Below, piece after piece: positions 31,228-41,519 of a DNA stretch of 64,000 nt. The notes beneath the pieces are model-generated. The model was not told where the DNA came from. It searched no databases and was given only the letters and a program-made list of their open reading frames with translations. The stretch comes from a virus (Duplodnaviria > Caudoviricetes), in IMG/VR virus record IMGVR_UViG_3300020577_010124, positions 96,001 to 160,000 of that record; one strand, written 5' to 3'. Position 1 is the stretch's first letter; each line of letters begins with the position of its first letter. A program made the translations under genes and the position numbers.

Positions 31228-32385
31228 ATGCCACGACAGCTTGAAGACACAGGAAATATGTTTGGAGATTCGCCGAGAGACGCTTTCCTAGAAGCGGCTA
31301 TTCAGGCGCAGAATAAGCTTGCTTTTATTCCGAATCCATACGTCGGTAACAAGCGAAAGATGCTTGCTGATATGGGAATGATTATCTATGACACGATTGA
31401 TCTTTCAAAGGTCAATCATGTCTGCGATCTCTTTGCAGGAAGTTCTGTAGTCGGAGCTTTCTTCAAGATGCTAGGGAAGAATGTTTCTTGTAATGACCTA
31501 CTAGCTTCCTCTTATCTGAATGCTGAAGCTGTGCTAAATAATAGCATGAGCGAGAATGGATGCTTGGGTAAAATTGGCAGAGATAAGTGGTATTTTTTGT
31601 TAGAAAATAAAAACACATCTAGTACAGGTTTTGTAGAAAAACATTATACTGATACAAGATTTACTCGCAAAGAAGCGCAATTTATTGACAACTACTACGC
31701 CAACTGCGCTCAGATGTTTGGATCTTCGCTTAACCCAAGCGACTACTCTTCTACCTATTTCCCCAGAGAACGTTTTACTCAAATGGCTGTTATTCAGACC
31801 TCGTTAATCCATCACATAATGGCATATTGTTATGTTGGCGGTCGTTTGAATAGCGGACAGATTATCGCTTCATTGAAACATCGTTTAGAGCATGATCGGA
31901 ATCATAACCAAGAGATTCCCTTTAGGAAAATGAAGCGATTCTCTTTTGAGATACCAGGAAATTATAGTTATTGCGGTCATGGGGACGTAACGAGCTTTTT
32001 ACAAAACAAACCAGACGAACCTTATGATCTAATCTACATAGATCCTCCCTATGGCGGACAACAAAGCGATTACGCTTTTATGTATCAATTCTTTGAAGAA
32101 TATCTCAATCAAAAGAAGTTTGAAGATATTGATTATCTCAAAGATAACTCTAAGAAATTTGTCAAAGCGAAAACCTACAAGGAAAGCTTTGAAGAACTAT
32201 TGAAATCTCTCCCTAAAGAGTCTATATGGGTCATAAGCTACAACGATAGTAGTTGGGCTAATATTGACGAAATAAGCAGTATCGTAAAAGCGTTCAAACC
32301 TGTTACTGTCAAAAGCATTGAGTACGATTACAAGTATCGTGCTGCTGACAATACTTCAGGAACCGAATATCTGATCATTGGATAA
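31228..32385 (+). CDS. DNA adenine methyltransferase (D12/FokI-like, alpha class)
   Basis: YVGNKRK, DLFAGSSVVG, ND, YIDPPY, ISYN, EYLI. Confidence 0.88.
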   Translation: MPRQLEDTGNMFGDSPRDAFLEAAIQAQNKLAFIPNPYVGNKRKMLADMGMIIYDTIDLSKVNHVCDLFAGSSVVGAFFKMLGKNVSCNDLLASSYLNAEAVLNNSMSENGCLGKIGRDKWYFLLENKNTSSTGFVEKHYTDTRFTRKEAQFIDNYYANCAQMFGSSLNPSDYSSTYFPRERFTQMAVIQTSLIHHIMAYCYVGGRLNSGQIIASLKHRLEHDRNHNQEIPFRKMKRFSFEIPGNYSYCGHGDVTSFLQNKPDEPYDLIYIDPPYGGQQSDYAFMYQFFEEYLNQKKFEDIDYLKDNSKKFVKAKTYKESFEELLKSLPKESIWVISYNDSSWANIDEISSIVKAFKPVTVKSIEYDYKYRAADNTSGTEYLIIG

Positions 32386-33295
32386 GCCAAGTATGGCGAA
32401 GAAGAAAAAGGACAAAGTTGTGATAGCGACTAAGACAAACGACGGTCTAGAAAATATTCTTGTCAAAAGCAATAAAAGCGCAGTCCAAGGAATCGGTCCT
32501 AAAACAAAACGTAAGCAAGATAGTATTCTTGATCTTTTTGAAGAAAAGGATTTGGAACTTGTAGGAAGCGAAAAGCCAAAGAAGGCAAGTAAAGAAATTG
32601 AATGGGAAGAAATTAAGGGATTGTCTAGGGCTGCTTCTGCAATGGCAAAACCAGTAGCAGAATGGACGGGCGTTCAACTATTTCTTCATCTAAAGAAGCT
32701 GTATAAGGATCGGTACAATCAAGACTTATCTATTGGAGATCGTCTGGGATTGCAGCTTGTTCGAGCAATGAGAGAAGATATTATCAAGATAACGGGCGAC
32801 GTACCAACTCCGCAAAATCTAAAGAGCTATCTAGAATGGTTTGTGGCAAATGATTTAGACGCTCTAATTGCGAAGAATGGGGACTTTTACATTCGTCTTA
32901 TTCGAAATAAGCCGTCTATCCGCAGATATTTCAAAGAGGTTCAAAAGCAAAATAATGTCGAAGATGTTATAGAGCATGAAGAACCAATTGAAGACATGGA
33001 TAGTATCTTCCGAGCTAGCAAGGCTAACTTTATAATGAAGTATGGCGTGGTTATAACCCTTGCATGGCTTGTAAAGAAGAAGGGCGCTTCGCTCGATAAA
33101 GCCAAAAAAATCATCATAGATGTCTTGGGAGACATCATGAAAGAGGGAGACTCTAGTTTTTCTAAGGTTGCAAAAACCACTAAGTCTTTATCTCCATATC
33201 CAAATAGCTATAAGTTTGAATGTTTAGACGAGCTATTAGGAATCATCAAGGAAAGAAACATTCAGTTTTCGGAGTCAGCAAAGAGTTATGTATAA
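32378..33295 (+). CDS. Hypothetical protein (basic; possibly DNA-binding)
   Basis: 305-aa Lys-rich ORF overlapping both neighbours; start may be the ATG at 32393. Confidence 0.55.
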   Translation: MDKPSMAKKKKDKVVIATKTNDGLENILVKSNKSAVQGIGPKTKRKQDSILDLFEEKDLELVGSEKPKKASKEIEWEEIKGLSRAASAMAKPVAEWTGVQLFLHLKKLYKDRYNQDLSIGDRLGLQLVRAMREDIIKITGDVPTPQNLKSYLEWFVANDLDALIAKNGDFYIRLIRNKPSIRRYFKEVQKQNNVEDVIEHEEPIEDMDSIFRASKANFIMKYGVVITLAWLVKKKGASLDKAKKIIIDVLGDIMKEGDSSFSKVAKTTKSLSPYPNSYKFECLDELLGIIKERNIQFSESAKSYV

Positions 33296-33845
33296 AGGTG
33301 CAACATTGAATAAGATACTATCAAATGAGGAAATCTACGGCTACACGGTAGTCGTCATTGACGAGACAGGCACGAATAAAGGAGAAATGGTTAAGAGAGC
33401 CGCCATTATCGCTGCTAAAGACAAAGGTTTTGATCTTATTCAAGTTGGCAAGAACGATAAAGGCTTGTCTATCTGTAAGTATGGGGACGCTGGCAAGATG
33501 AAGTATGAAGCTTCTAAAAAGGCTGCGCCTAAACCTGTAAAGCTTAAAGAGATGACCTTTGGCCTCAATGAAGGCTCAAATGATATCCTGGTCAAGAAGA
33601 ATAAAGTTCGGGGAATGCTCGAAAAGAAGTGCATGGTCAAGTTCGCAGTGGAAGTTAAGGGCAGGGAACGAGCATTCATGGAGACAGCTAAACAATTGCT
33701 TCGAGATAGCGTGGCTGATTTATCAGATGTCGCAAAATGGGACGATTTGAAGACTGCTAATACCCCTCGGTCTGTGATTATTTTTGTGATACTCAAGCCA
33801 ACGAAAGACGTAAGCAATGCCGATCAAAGTGAGCGAAAAGGATAG
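33288..33845 (+). CDS. infC: Translation initiation factor IF-3 homologue
   Basis: NEEI...VVVIDETG..KG...A...A...GFDLIQV...CK..D.GK.KYE..KK (IF3-N) plus KEM.F...D...K......L.....VK..V...GRE (IF3-C). Confidence 0.85.
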   Translation: MYKGATLNKILSNEEIYGYTVVVIDETGTNKGEMVKRAAIIAAKDKGFDLIQVGKNDKGLSICKYGDAGKMKYEASKKAAPKPVKLKEMTFGLNEGSNDILVKKNKVRGMLEKKCMVKFAVEVKGRERAFMETAKQLLRDSVADLSDVAKWDDLKTANTPRSVIIFVILKPTKDVSNADQSERKG

Positions 33846-36843
33846 TTCTACTCCTCAACCAGCTAATCCAAAGACTATAGTTCCAGGCTCCTCTCAAGAT
33901 TACGAGCAGCGTTACTTGAGCATGGCAACCACGGAGTTCAATAACAACTTCATTGGTTTGCTTAGAACACGAACGACAACAATCTACGTCTCAACTAACG
34001 AAGAGAAGCGCTTTGTAGATTATCTCTACAATGTTTCTCTGGCTCGCGGTTATGAGGCTTTTGAATGGGACTGTTTCAGAGCGCTCAGAAAGCTGAAGCT
34101 TCCAGACAAGATTACGGTTCCCCCAACATTCGACCTTCGATATCCCGAGGGTATCTTGGGCTATATCATTGAAGAGCTAGAAAAGCGCCAGAAGAAAAAA
34201 GAAGACGGAAACGGAGCAATTTATCTTTGCTGCGATTTTTACCGCTATCTTTCTCCTGATCGTTGTTCTCCTCCAATTGAGAGACAACTCAAGTATATCA
34301 ACCGTCTTACAACCAACTCTCATGTTATCTTGACAGGTCCAAGCTATATCAGCAATCCTGCTCTAGAAAAAGAGATTGCCGTATTGGACTTCCCATTCCC
34401 TAACGAGGAAGAGATTCGTTCTATCTTGTGGGGTTTGGTCAAGAGCGAAAAGGTTCAAAGCGGTTTCCCTACCATTACGAAGATTGCAGAAACTCAGCAG
34501 GAAGAGCTAATCAACTCTGCTAAGGGTCTTACTACAACAGAAGCTATTCAGGCATACTCAAAGTCAATTGTTATGTCTAAGCCGCTTAATGTAAAGCCGC
34601 TAGATATCAACTTGATTCTTCAAGAGAAGAAGCAGATTATCAAGAAAACAGACGTTCTCGAATACGTTGATTCTCATATTGATATGAAAGACGTTGGAGG
34701 TCTTGACGACCTAGTTCATTGGTTGAATCTCCGTAAGGTAGCCTTTATGAAGGATGCTATTGCTTATGGTCTAAAGCCGCCAAGAGGGGCGCTATTGCTA
34801 GGTATGCCTGGTTGCGGTAAATCATTGACCGCAAAGGCGGCAGCAACGCTATACGAAATGCCTTTGCTTCGTTTGGACTTCGGAAAGATGTTCAACTCGC
34901 TGGTTGGAGAATCTGAGAAGATTGCTCGCCAAGCTATTAAGCTAGCGGAGACTGTTGCTCCTTGCGTTTCGGGCGATTCTGTTGTTTATGATAACGAAGG
35001 TAGAACCTATAAGGTTTCTGATCTTTTAGAAGAAGATTTCTTCAAAGATAGAAACTTCTACACCTATTCATTCAATGAAGAATCATGGAAGGTTGAAAAG
35101 ACCAGAGTTCGAGCAGTTATTCGGCATCCCAAGAAAAAGGAAATGATTCGCCTTGTTACTGCTATTGGTTCTGTTGAAGTAACGCCTAATCACAAGATGA
35201 TGATCAATCGTGACGGTAAGCTCATCTGGGAGGAAGCGAAGAATCTAAAGAAGACAGATCTTCTTATAACTCAAAAGCAGTTCAAGAGAGACATCAAGAA
35301 CATGACTGTTGCGGATGTTTTCCCTGATAAGAAAACAGAAGAAACGCTTTCTGTTCAAATGCAAGATCAAACTCATACGGTCACTTTGGGCGGTTCTTTG
35401 CTGAACATGATTCAGTTGGCAGCCCTTGCTGGTTTGGTTGAATCTTGCGGAGTTGTAAATGCTGAAACTGGCGAAATCATGTTGCATAATGACAACATTA
35501 AGGTTGCGCATTTGGCAGCCTCTTTGTTCTCTGCATGCTTCTTGGTTGAACCTGCAATGGAAGGCAAGACCCTTCAACTGACTAATAAAATCATTGCAAA
35601 GCTGCTTGTTCATTTCATACAAAATGTCCATTCTCAACGAGACGACGTATTGATTTTCTATCTTTCAGGTTTCATGCATGCTTCGGCAATATATAGCTAT
35701 CTAGGTACTGATAAGATTCCGTACATAAATCTTCGCATACCTAGTAAGGATGTCAAGCATAGAGTTCGAACAGCGCTTCATATTTTGGGTATCATTGCTT
35801 TTGATACAGGCGAGAACCTATCTGTTCTTGAGAAAGAGCAAATCGAAGATTTGTTGATTGCTATTCCATTCTTGAATAAGAATGTAGCAGACAAGTTGGT
35901 TGATTTCATGGAAGCAACCTCCAAGCTTGATCCTCATACAATTGAGATTGTTGGATACCAGTTGGGCGAATCTATTTCTTCGGTCATGAAAAGCAATAGC
36001 CTCAAAAAGCTAGATTATCATGACGAAGATATAACCATAACAGACAAGCACCATAAGTATATCCATCATTCGATGGCAAGCAAGGTTGCTTATACTCTTG
36101 CTGAGCAGCAGCTTGAGGTTGACGAGAACATAGAGAAGCTGATTAAGTCTGACGTTGTTGGAGTCAAGCTTTTGTCTGTAGAAACGGCTGGGACTCAATG
36201 GGCATACGATCTATCTTGCGAGAACAACCATAACTTCTTTGCAAACGGATTGCTCTGTCATAACTGTATTCTATGGGCAGACGAAATTGAGAAAGGTTTG
36301 GCTGGCGGAGTTGGTCAAGGTTCTGGCGATAGCGGAACAACCAAGAGAGTCATTGGTACATTCTTGACTTGGCTCCAAGAGAAGGAAGCTCCTGTATTCG
36401 TTATCTGTACAGCCAATAACGTTCATGACATTCCTCCCGAGTTTATGAGAGCAGGTCGTTTTGACGAAGTATTCTTCGTTGATCTTCCTAGCGCTAAAGG
36501 TCGTAAGCAGATCTTTGAAGTCTTGTTGCGAAAGTATAGATATGACGCAACAACATTTGATGTTGACGCTCTTGCGGCAAATACGCAAGGCTTCAGCGGC
36601 GCTGAAATCGAGAAGTCTATCGAAAATGCAATGTTCGAATGTTTTTGCGACAATAAGAGACAAGTCAAGACTAATGATCTAATAGCGTCTTGTAAGAGTA
36701 TATCTCCGCTATCGAGTACCAGAGCCGAAGAGTTTGAGACAATGAGAACCTGGGCTGGGGGTCGATGCAAGTTCGCCAATACAAGGGACACAGGCACCAT
36801 TTCGAATAATCCTTCTGGCGAAATAAACAGCCTAGACATCTAA
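33817..36843 (+). CDS. Ycf46-like AAA+ ATPase containing an intein
   Basis: DVGGLD.L, GALLLGMPGCGKSLTAKA, LLRLDFG, GESE, [intein], CILWADEIEK, TFLTWLQE, TAN, PPEFMRAGRFDE.FFVDLP, GFSGAEIE. Confidence 0.92.
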   Translation: MPIKVSEKDSSTPQPANPKTIVPGSSQDYEQRYLSMATTEFNNNFIGLLRTRTTTIYVSTNEEKRFVDYLYNVSLARGYEAFEWDCFRALRKLKLPDKITVPPTFDLRYPEGILGYIIEELEKRQKKKEDGNGAIYLCCDFYRYLSPDRCSPPIERQLKYINRLTTNSHVILTGPSYISNPALEKEIAVLDFPFPNEEEIRSILWGLVKSEKVQSGFPTITKIAETQQEELINSAKGLTTTEAIQAYSKSIVMSKPLNVKPLDINLILQEKKQIIKKTDVLEYVDSHIDMKDVGGLDDLVHWLNLRKVAFMKDAIAYGLKPPRGALLLGMPGCGKSLTAKAAATLYEMPLLRLDFGKMFNSLVGESEKIARQAIKLAETVAPCVSGDSVVYDNEGRTYKVSDLLEEDFFKDRNFYTYSFNEESWKVEKTRVRAVIRHPKKKEMIRLVTAIGSVEVTPNHKMMINRDGKLIWEEAKNLKKTDLLITQKQFKRDIKNMTVADVFPDKKTEETLSVQMQDQTHTVTLGGSLLNMIQLAALAGLVESCGVVNAETGEIMLHNDNIKVAHLAASLFSACFLVEPAMEGKTLQLTNKIIAKLLVHFIQNVHSQRDDVLIFYLSGFMHASAIYSYLGTDKIPYINLRIPSKDVKHRVRTALHILGIIAFDTGENLSVLEKEQIEDLLIAIPFLNKNVADKLVDFMEATSKLDPHTIEIVGYQLGESISSVMKSNSLKKLDYHDEDITITDKHHKYIHHSMASKVAYTLAEQQLEVDENIEKLIKSDVVGVKLLSVETAGTQWAYDLSCENNHNFFANGLLCHNCILWADEIEKGLAGGVGQGSGDSGTTKRVIGTFLTWLQEKEAPVFVICTANNVHDIPPEFMRAGRFDEVFFVDLPSAKGRKQIFEVLLRKYRYDATTFDVDALAANTQGFSGAEIEKSIENAMFECFCDNKRQVKTNDLIASCKSISPLSSTRAEEFETMRTWAGGRCKFANTRDTGTISNNPSGEINSLDI
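34963..36264 (+). mobile_element. Intein (434 aa) with a degenerate LAGLIDADG endonuclease region
   Basis: Starts CVSGDSVV; block B VTPNH; block F YDLSCENNHNFFANG; ends CHN before +1 Cys. Removal restores VAP|CILWADE (Walker B). Confidence 0.93.
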
Positions 36844-36871
36844 CGTGCCATTGTGTTAGGACGGCGTAATA

Positions 36872-37732
36872 TTGGCCGAAAAGGATTGTGCTATGGATTT
36901 AAGTTCTCTTATACGGTACTATCGTTACAACAACTACAAGACCGCCGATAATGGCGGAGCTTGTAAATACTACAAAGGAAATGACCAATGCGAAAGAGCA
37001 ACAAATGGTTGTTTCTGTCGTAAGATGGCAGAAGTTCTAGGCAATATCAGTTATGTTGTTCCTAAAGAACATCGAGGGTTGACTATAAACAACCTACGAG
37101 GGCATTCAAAAGCCAAAGACGGTCAATATATCAAAGTATGGACCGAGAGCAATCAGCTTGCTATTTTGGACACGCTTTCTGATTATCTTTATGGCACGAA
37201 AGACTTGACTCTTATTTCTTCTAGAGAAGACTTCAATAGAGAGTCTAAGTTAGATCAAAGATATGCGGACGGATCAAACCTTGTAATACATGGTAGTCCG
37301 TTCAAGGTTGTAAAGGGCGTAGCAACAAGAGCATTGCCTATGGGCAAGACGCTTATAGCTTCTATCGTTTTGACAGACGCTATTTGGAGACGTTGCTATG
37401 CAACTAATAGAGCGGATACCTATTCGTTTGTTTCATATCAGACTTTGAAGCAAGACCTGCGACTAAAGAATGAAAAGGCTCAAGCTCTCAAAGAATGCGA
37501 CTGGTTAGCTATTGATGATATTAGCACGCCTATCAATGATATGGACTTCAATCATCAAAACTTTATAAGCATGTTTGATGATTTCCTGATGTCAAGAATG
37601 GAAAATCGTCTTCCAACAATTTTGGCCTGTGACTTTAATGCATTGAGCAAAGATTATACCGATATGCTCGGATACAGCTTCCAGAAGCTCATAACTTCTA
37701 GGAATACTTGGCTCATTAAAGTGGGGGATTAA
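36872..37732 (+). CDS. DnaC/IstB-like helicase loader ATPase
   Basis: N-terminal Cys cluster, LVIHG...GKT (expanded P-loop), WLAIDDI, R...RLPTIL; immediately upstream of dnaB. Confidence 0.7.
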   Translation: MAEKDCAMDLSSLIRYYRYNNYKTADNGGACKYYKGNDQCERATNGCFCRKMAEVLGNISYVVPKEHRGLTINNLRGHSKAKDGQYIKVWTESNQLAILDTLSDYLYGTKDLTLISSREDFNRESKLDQRYADGSNLVIHGSPFKVVKGVATRALPMGKTLIASIVLTDAIWRRCYATNRADTYSFVSYQTLKQDLRLKNEKAQALKECDWLAIDDISTPINDMDFNHQNFISMFDDFLMSRMENRLPTILACDFNALSKDYTDMLGYSFQKLITSRNTWLIKVGD

Positions 37733-37735
37733 CAT

Positions 37736-39301
37736 ATGGCTATAAACGATCTTGACTCTCAAGAAAAACTATTACATCTTCTTATCAACAATGAAGGATT
37801 GATTCCTGAGTTTGTGACAGGACAGTTTGGACCTGATTACTTCGAAGATAAGCACAGGCCAATGATCTATGGAATAGAAGAATGTCATCAAGCAGGTGAG
37901 AAATTTACAGATAGCTATTATCTAGATTTTATTGCTAGAAGCGTAGCGAATGGCGACTATAGAAAATGGACAGGAAGTGAAGTCGTAAGTTCTAAGTTCG
38001 CTCAACAAACTGAAAATCGAAACTATCAACTTCTCGCTAATCTAGACAAAGTTGATCCTGCGGACTTCCCATTGGTTTGCCGTAAGGTTCGAGAACATTA
38101 CATAAAGAAACAAGCAACCAAGATACTTGAAAAGTTTAATACCAAACAAAACAAAGATTTTATTGCAGCAACTCAAGAGCTTGCTGACAATATGACGGTT
38201 TTGATTTCTAGCGCTGCTGATAACAGCAATGCTACTTGGTCCAATGTTGACGAATACGGTGACGACTGGTATAGAGAGCTAGAGGACGAGAGTAAGAATC
38301 CGAAGAAGGTTCTCAATACAGGAATCAAGCCATTTGACGAGACAATGCCGAACGGACTGGACATTGGCTCTTTAACTCTCATTGTTGCGGATGTTGGTGG
38401 TTTCAAATCAGCAACCATGATTAACATGGCGTTGAATGTTTGCAAACAAAGCAACGAGGATGTTCTATACGTTTCTCTTGAAATGCCTAAGAAGCGTTTG
38501 ATGCAGAGACTGATATCCAGAGAAGCCGAGGTTGATTCAAAGAAGCTTGGACAACCGCATCTTCTTACTGAAGACGATAAAGCCAAAATCAAAAAGGCTA
38601 TGGAAGACTTCAGGATTATCAAGTCCAAGTTTGCCATACTTGACGCTCAAGAAAGAATGACCGTATCCAAGATACGAGCAGAACTTGAAAAGCGCAGACA
38701 TTTCTTCAGACCAAGAGTTGTTGTTATTGACTATATCTCGATTCTTAGTCCTGAGCCTTGGTATCAAAAGCTAGCAGAGCATAGCTGGTACGGCCAGATG
38801 TGCAAAGACCTTCGTTCTCTTGGTAGAAAGATGGGCTTTGCTGTTCTATCCGCCGTTCAGCTTAATCGAGAGGCTATCAAATCTCTTCGTAATCAAAAAG
38901 AAGGTAAGCAGTCTGTTGGCTCTGACGCTCTTAGGGGTTCTCATGACTTTTCAGCAGACGCAGATAACATCTTTGTTCAAGTTCCTCATCCTGAGCAAAT
39001 GAAAGAGAAGATGTATTTATTCTGCGTAAAGTCTAGATATGGTTCTCCTATGTTTGGTCCGCACAACAATCAATCTAAGGCAACGCTGGACGTTTATCCG
39101 AGCATTGGTAAGATAACAGCATATGTTGACGCTACATGGTCGGTTGAGAACGATCCTATTGCCTCTGTTCTAATGAAGAAAGGGGACGCAATTCCAGATC
39201 CAGCTTTGGACTTGGACTTTGATACGACTCCTCCGCCTGCTCCAAATAAGCCAAAACCTAAACCAAAGCAAAAGAATGAAATTGACGATCTTGGATTCTA
39301 A
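37736..39301 (+). CDS. dnaB: Replicative DNA helicase, DnaB family
   Basis: TGIKPFD, ADVGGFKS, YVSLEM, VVIDYI, LSAVQLNR, GS...ADAD, KSRYG. Confidence 0.92.
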   Translation: MAINDLDSQEKLLHLLINNEGLIPEFVTGQFGPDYFEDKHRPMIYGIEECHQAGEKFTDSYYLDFIARSVANGDYRKWTGSEVVSSKFAQQTENRNYQLLANLDKVDPADFPLVCRKVREHYIKKQATKILEKFNTKQNKDFIAATQELADNMTVLISSAADNSNATWSNVDEYGDDWYRELEDESKNPKKVLNTGIKPFDETMPNGLDIGSLTLIVADVGGFKSATMINMALNVCKQSNEDVLYVSLEMPKKRLMQRLISREAEVDSKKLGQPHLLTEDDKAKIKKAMEDFRIIKSKFAILDAQERMTVSKIRAELEKRRHFFRPRVVVIDYISILSPEPWYQKLAEHSWYGQMCKDLRSLGRKMGFAVLSAVQLNREAIKSLRNQKEGKQSVGSDALRGSHDFSADADNIFVQVPHPEQMKEKMYLFCVKSRYGSPMFGPHNNQSKATLDVYPSIGKITAYVDATWSVENDPIASVLMKKGDAIPDPALDLDFDTTPPPAPNKPKPKPKQKNEIDDLGF

Positions 39302-39942
39302 TGAGCATTATTTTAGACACAATCATTAAGGGAAACAAGATAACGGATTATCTTATTTCTAAGAACGTAAGATGGGCAAACCATGATGGCGGTAGATATC
39401 GTTATCGCTGTCCTCTTCCTTCTCATAGAAATGATTCTACTCCGTCATTCTTTGTTTATGACAAAGCAGATAGACAAGATTTTTATTGCTATGGCTGTAA
39501 AAATGCTGGTTCGATTATACAGCTTATTTCTTGTTACGAACAGATTCCAATAAAGGATGTTATTCAGAAGCTCTCAGAGGGCATGAATATCAACATCAAT
39601 GACATTCTTGAATCTTTGGTACGAGAGATAATTGTAAAATCCACAACCCCAACGCAACAGGGCAAAGAAGAGGCTATGTTAGCTTCTTCTTTGTTCATAA
39701 GTGTTCATATGCATGATTTTCTTGTAAAGGTAGGCTTTGATAAACAGGAATGTGACATCGCAGAGAAAGTCTTTGCGATAACCGATAGCTTGGTTTCCAT
39801 AGACAACCTTGACGAACTAGAAAAGCTTTCTATAACGCTTCCGTCTAAAACCAAGTATAGATATCAACGATTTGTTGAGCTAAAGAAAAAAGAAGAGATT
39901 CAGAACGCGAAAGATTTCAAGAGTTTCATAAATGAGTTTTGA
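39301..39942 (+). CDS. DNA primase zinc-binding (CHC2) subunit; N-terminal half of a split DnaG
   Basis: CPLPSH..DSTPSF.V......FYCYGC...G.II; no TOPRIM domain. Confidence 0.85.
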   Translation: MSIILDTIIKGNKITDYLISKNVRWANHDGGRYRYRCPLPSHRNDSTPSFFVYDKADRQDFYCYGCKNAGSIIQLISCYEQIPIKDVIQKLSEGMNININDILESLVREIIVKSTTPTQQGKEEAMLASSLFISVHMHDFLVKVGFDKQECDIAEKVFAITDSLVSIDNLDELEKLSITLPSKTKYRYQRFVELKKKEEIQNAKDFKSFINEF

Positions 39943-40690
39943 ATTTCATAACAAAGACGCTTTGGATCTTTCAATAGATCCTGTTGATTTAGTATACCTA
40001 GATCCTCCTTATAGTAGTGAAAGCGAAGACGAGTATTATGGCGTTGGTAAGGATCTAAAAGAGTTTGTAGAATACATGAGCGAGAGGATGAAGAATCTCA
40101 AGAAGCTCATGAAACCAGATTCAAATATTCTTGTCCATATGGACTATAAAGCGATTCATTACATAAAGGTGATGATGGACGAGGTTTTTGGGCGGGATAA
40201 TTTCAGGAACGAAATCATATGGTGCTTTAGCAATCCTGCGAGCGCAAAGAGATGGCTCCCTAGAAAGCATAATTCAATTCTATGGTATGGAATGGGTAAC
40301 TACGTCTTTAATCAACCTCGCATTCCATATAAGACAAAAATGAATGTTGGCGGAGCCGCTGCTTGGTCTAAGGAAAAGATCCCTTGGGAACAATACGAAG
40401 CTAAGGGTAAATTGTTAGAAGATTGGTGGACGGACATACCTGCTCTTTGCCGCAACGAACCTGAGAAAACAGGATATGCAACGCAGAAGCCAAATAAACT
40501 TATGCAAAGAGTAGTTGAGATTTGGAGCAATCCAGGGGACCGAGTTCTTGATCCTTTTTGCGGTAGCGGTTCTTTAGTAGAGGCTGCTTTTAGTTTGGGC
40601 AGGCACGGTATCGGTTCAGACAAAAACCCCAAGGCAATAGAGATTGCCATGAAAAGATTAAAAGAGACAGGAACTATTTTTGATTCATAA
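39932..40690 (+). CDS. Amino-DNA methyltransferase (N6A/N4C, beta class)
   Basis: YLDPPY...FRNEIIW...YATQKP..L...VLDPFCGSG. Confidence 0.92.
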   Translation: MSFEFHNKDALDLSIDPVDLVYLDPPYSSESEDEYYGVGKDLKEFVEYMSERMKNLKKLMKPDSNILVHMDYKAIHYIKVMMDEVFGRDNFRNEIIWCFSNPASAKRWLPRKHNSILWYGMGNYVFNQPRIPYKTKMNVGGAAAWSKEKIPWEQYEAKGKLLEDWWTDIPALCRNEPEKTGYATQKPNKLMQRVVEIWSNPGDRVLDPFCGSGSLVEAAFSLGRHGIGSDKNPKAIEIAMKRLKETGTIFDS

Positions 40691-41519
40691 TAGCATGTTT
40701 GATAATCTAGAAACTTTGCAATCTCCTGTTGCCTATCAAGGCGGTAAGCAAAGAATTGCTAAGCAAGTAGTTGACATTATGAAGATTGATTCTTCAACTG
40801 TTTTCTATGATATTTGCTGTGGTAGCGGAGCGATCTCAATTGAGCTTATAAACAAGGGACATCCTGTTGATAAGATTCATATGGTAGATGCAGGACCGTG
40901 GGGATTGTTCTGGAAATGCGTTGGCGACGGAACCTTTGATATAGCCAAGTTTGAAACAATCTGTAAGAGCGTTCCTAAAGAGCCAGCAAACATTCATGAC
41001 TACATTCTTAGTCTTTCCAAACAAAAAGCAGAGATAGATACTGTCTACGTTTTCATACTCCTACAAGCTTCTTCGTTTGGTAGTAAGGCTATTTGGATGA
41101 ACAACAATAAATGGATGAATTGTAGCTTCCGAAGATATTGGTTGCCAACAGAAACATCTAATAGACGTTCGCCAGTAAACCCAATGATGCCAATGCCTAT
41201 GACTCTCTTGGAAAGAGTTAGGGTTATCACCGAGAGAATGAAAGGTATAAAAGGTTACATGCAAGACGCAGCAACTGTTTCTATTGATCCAAGCGCCGTC
41301 GTGTATGTTGATCCTCCTTATGCGGGAACTACGATGTATGGGTTTGGGTTCGACGTTGAGAAGTTTGCCGCTTCTATACAGAATAAGGTCTTCATATCAG
41401 AAGGTAGACCTCTTTCTAAGAATGCTCATCTGATAGAAGGTCAGAGGAAAAAGGGCGGGATTTCTGGTACAAGAAAAAGCGCAAACGAAGAATGGATAAG
41501 CGAATATGAAAGACATTGA
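40680..41519 (+). CDS. DNA adenine methyltransferase (Dam-like D12 family)
   Basis: YQGGKQR, DICCGSGAIS, VYVDPPY. The true start may be the ATG at 40695. Confidence 0.85.
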   Translation: MIHNSMFDNLETLQSPVAYQGGKQRIAKQVVDIMKIDSSTVFYDICCGSGAISIELINKGHPVDKIHMVDAGPWGLFWKCVGDGTFDIAKFETICKSVPKEPANIHDYILSLSKQKAEIDTVYVFILLQASSFGSKAIWMNNNKWMNCSFRRYWLPTETSNRRSPVNPMMPMPMTLLERVRVITERMKGIKGYMQDAATVSIDPSAVVYVDPPYAGTTMYGFGFDVEKFAASIQNKVFISEGRPLSKNAHLIEGQRKKGGISGTRKSANEEWISEYERH

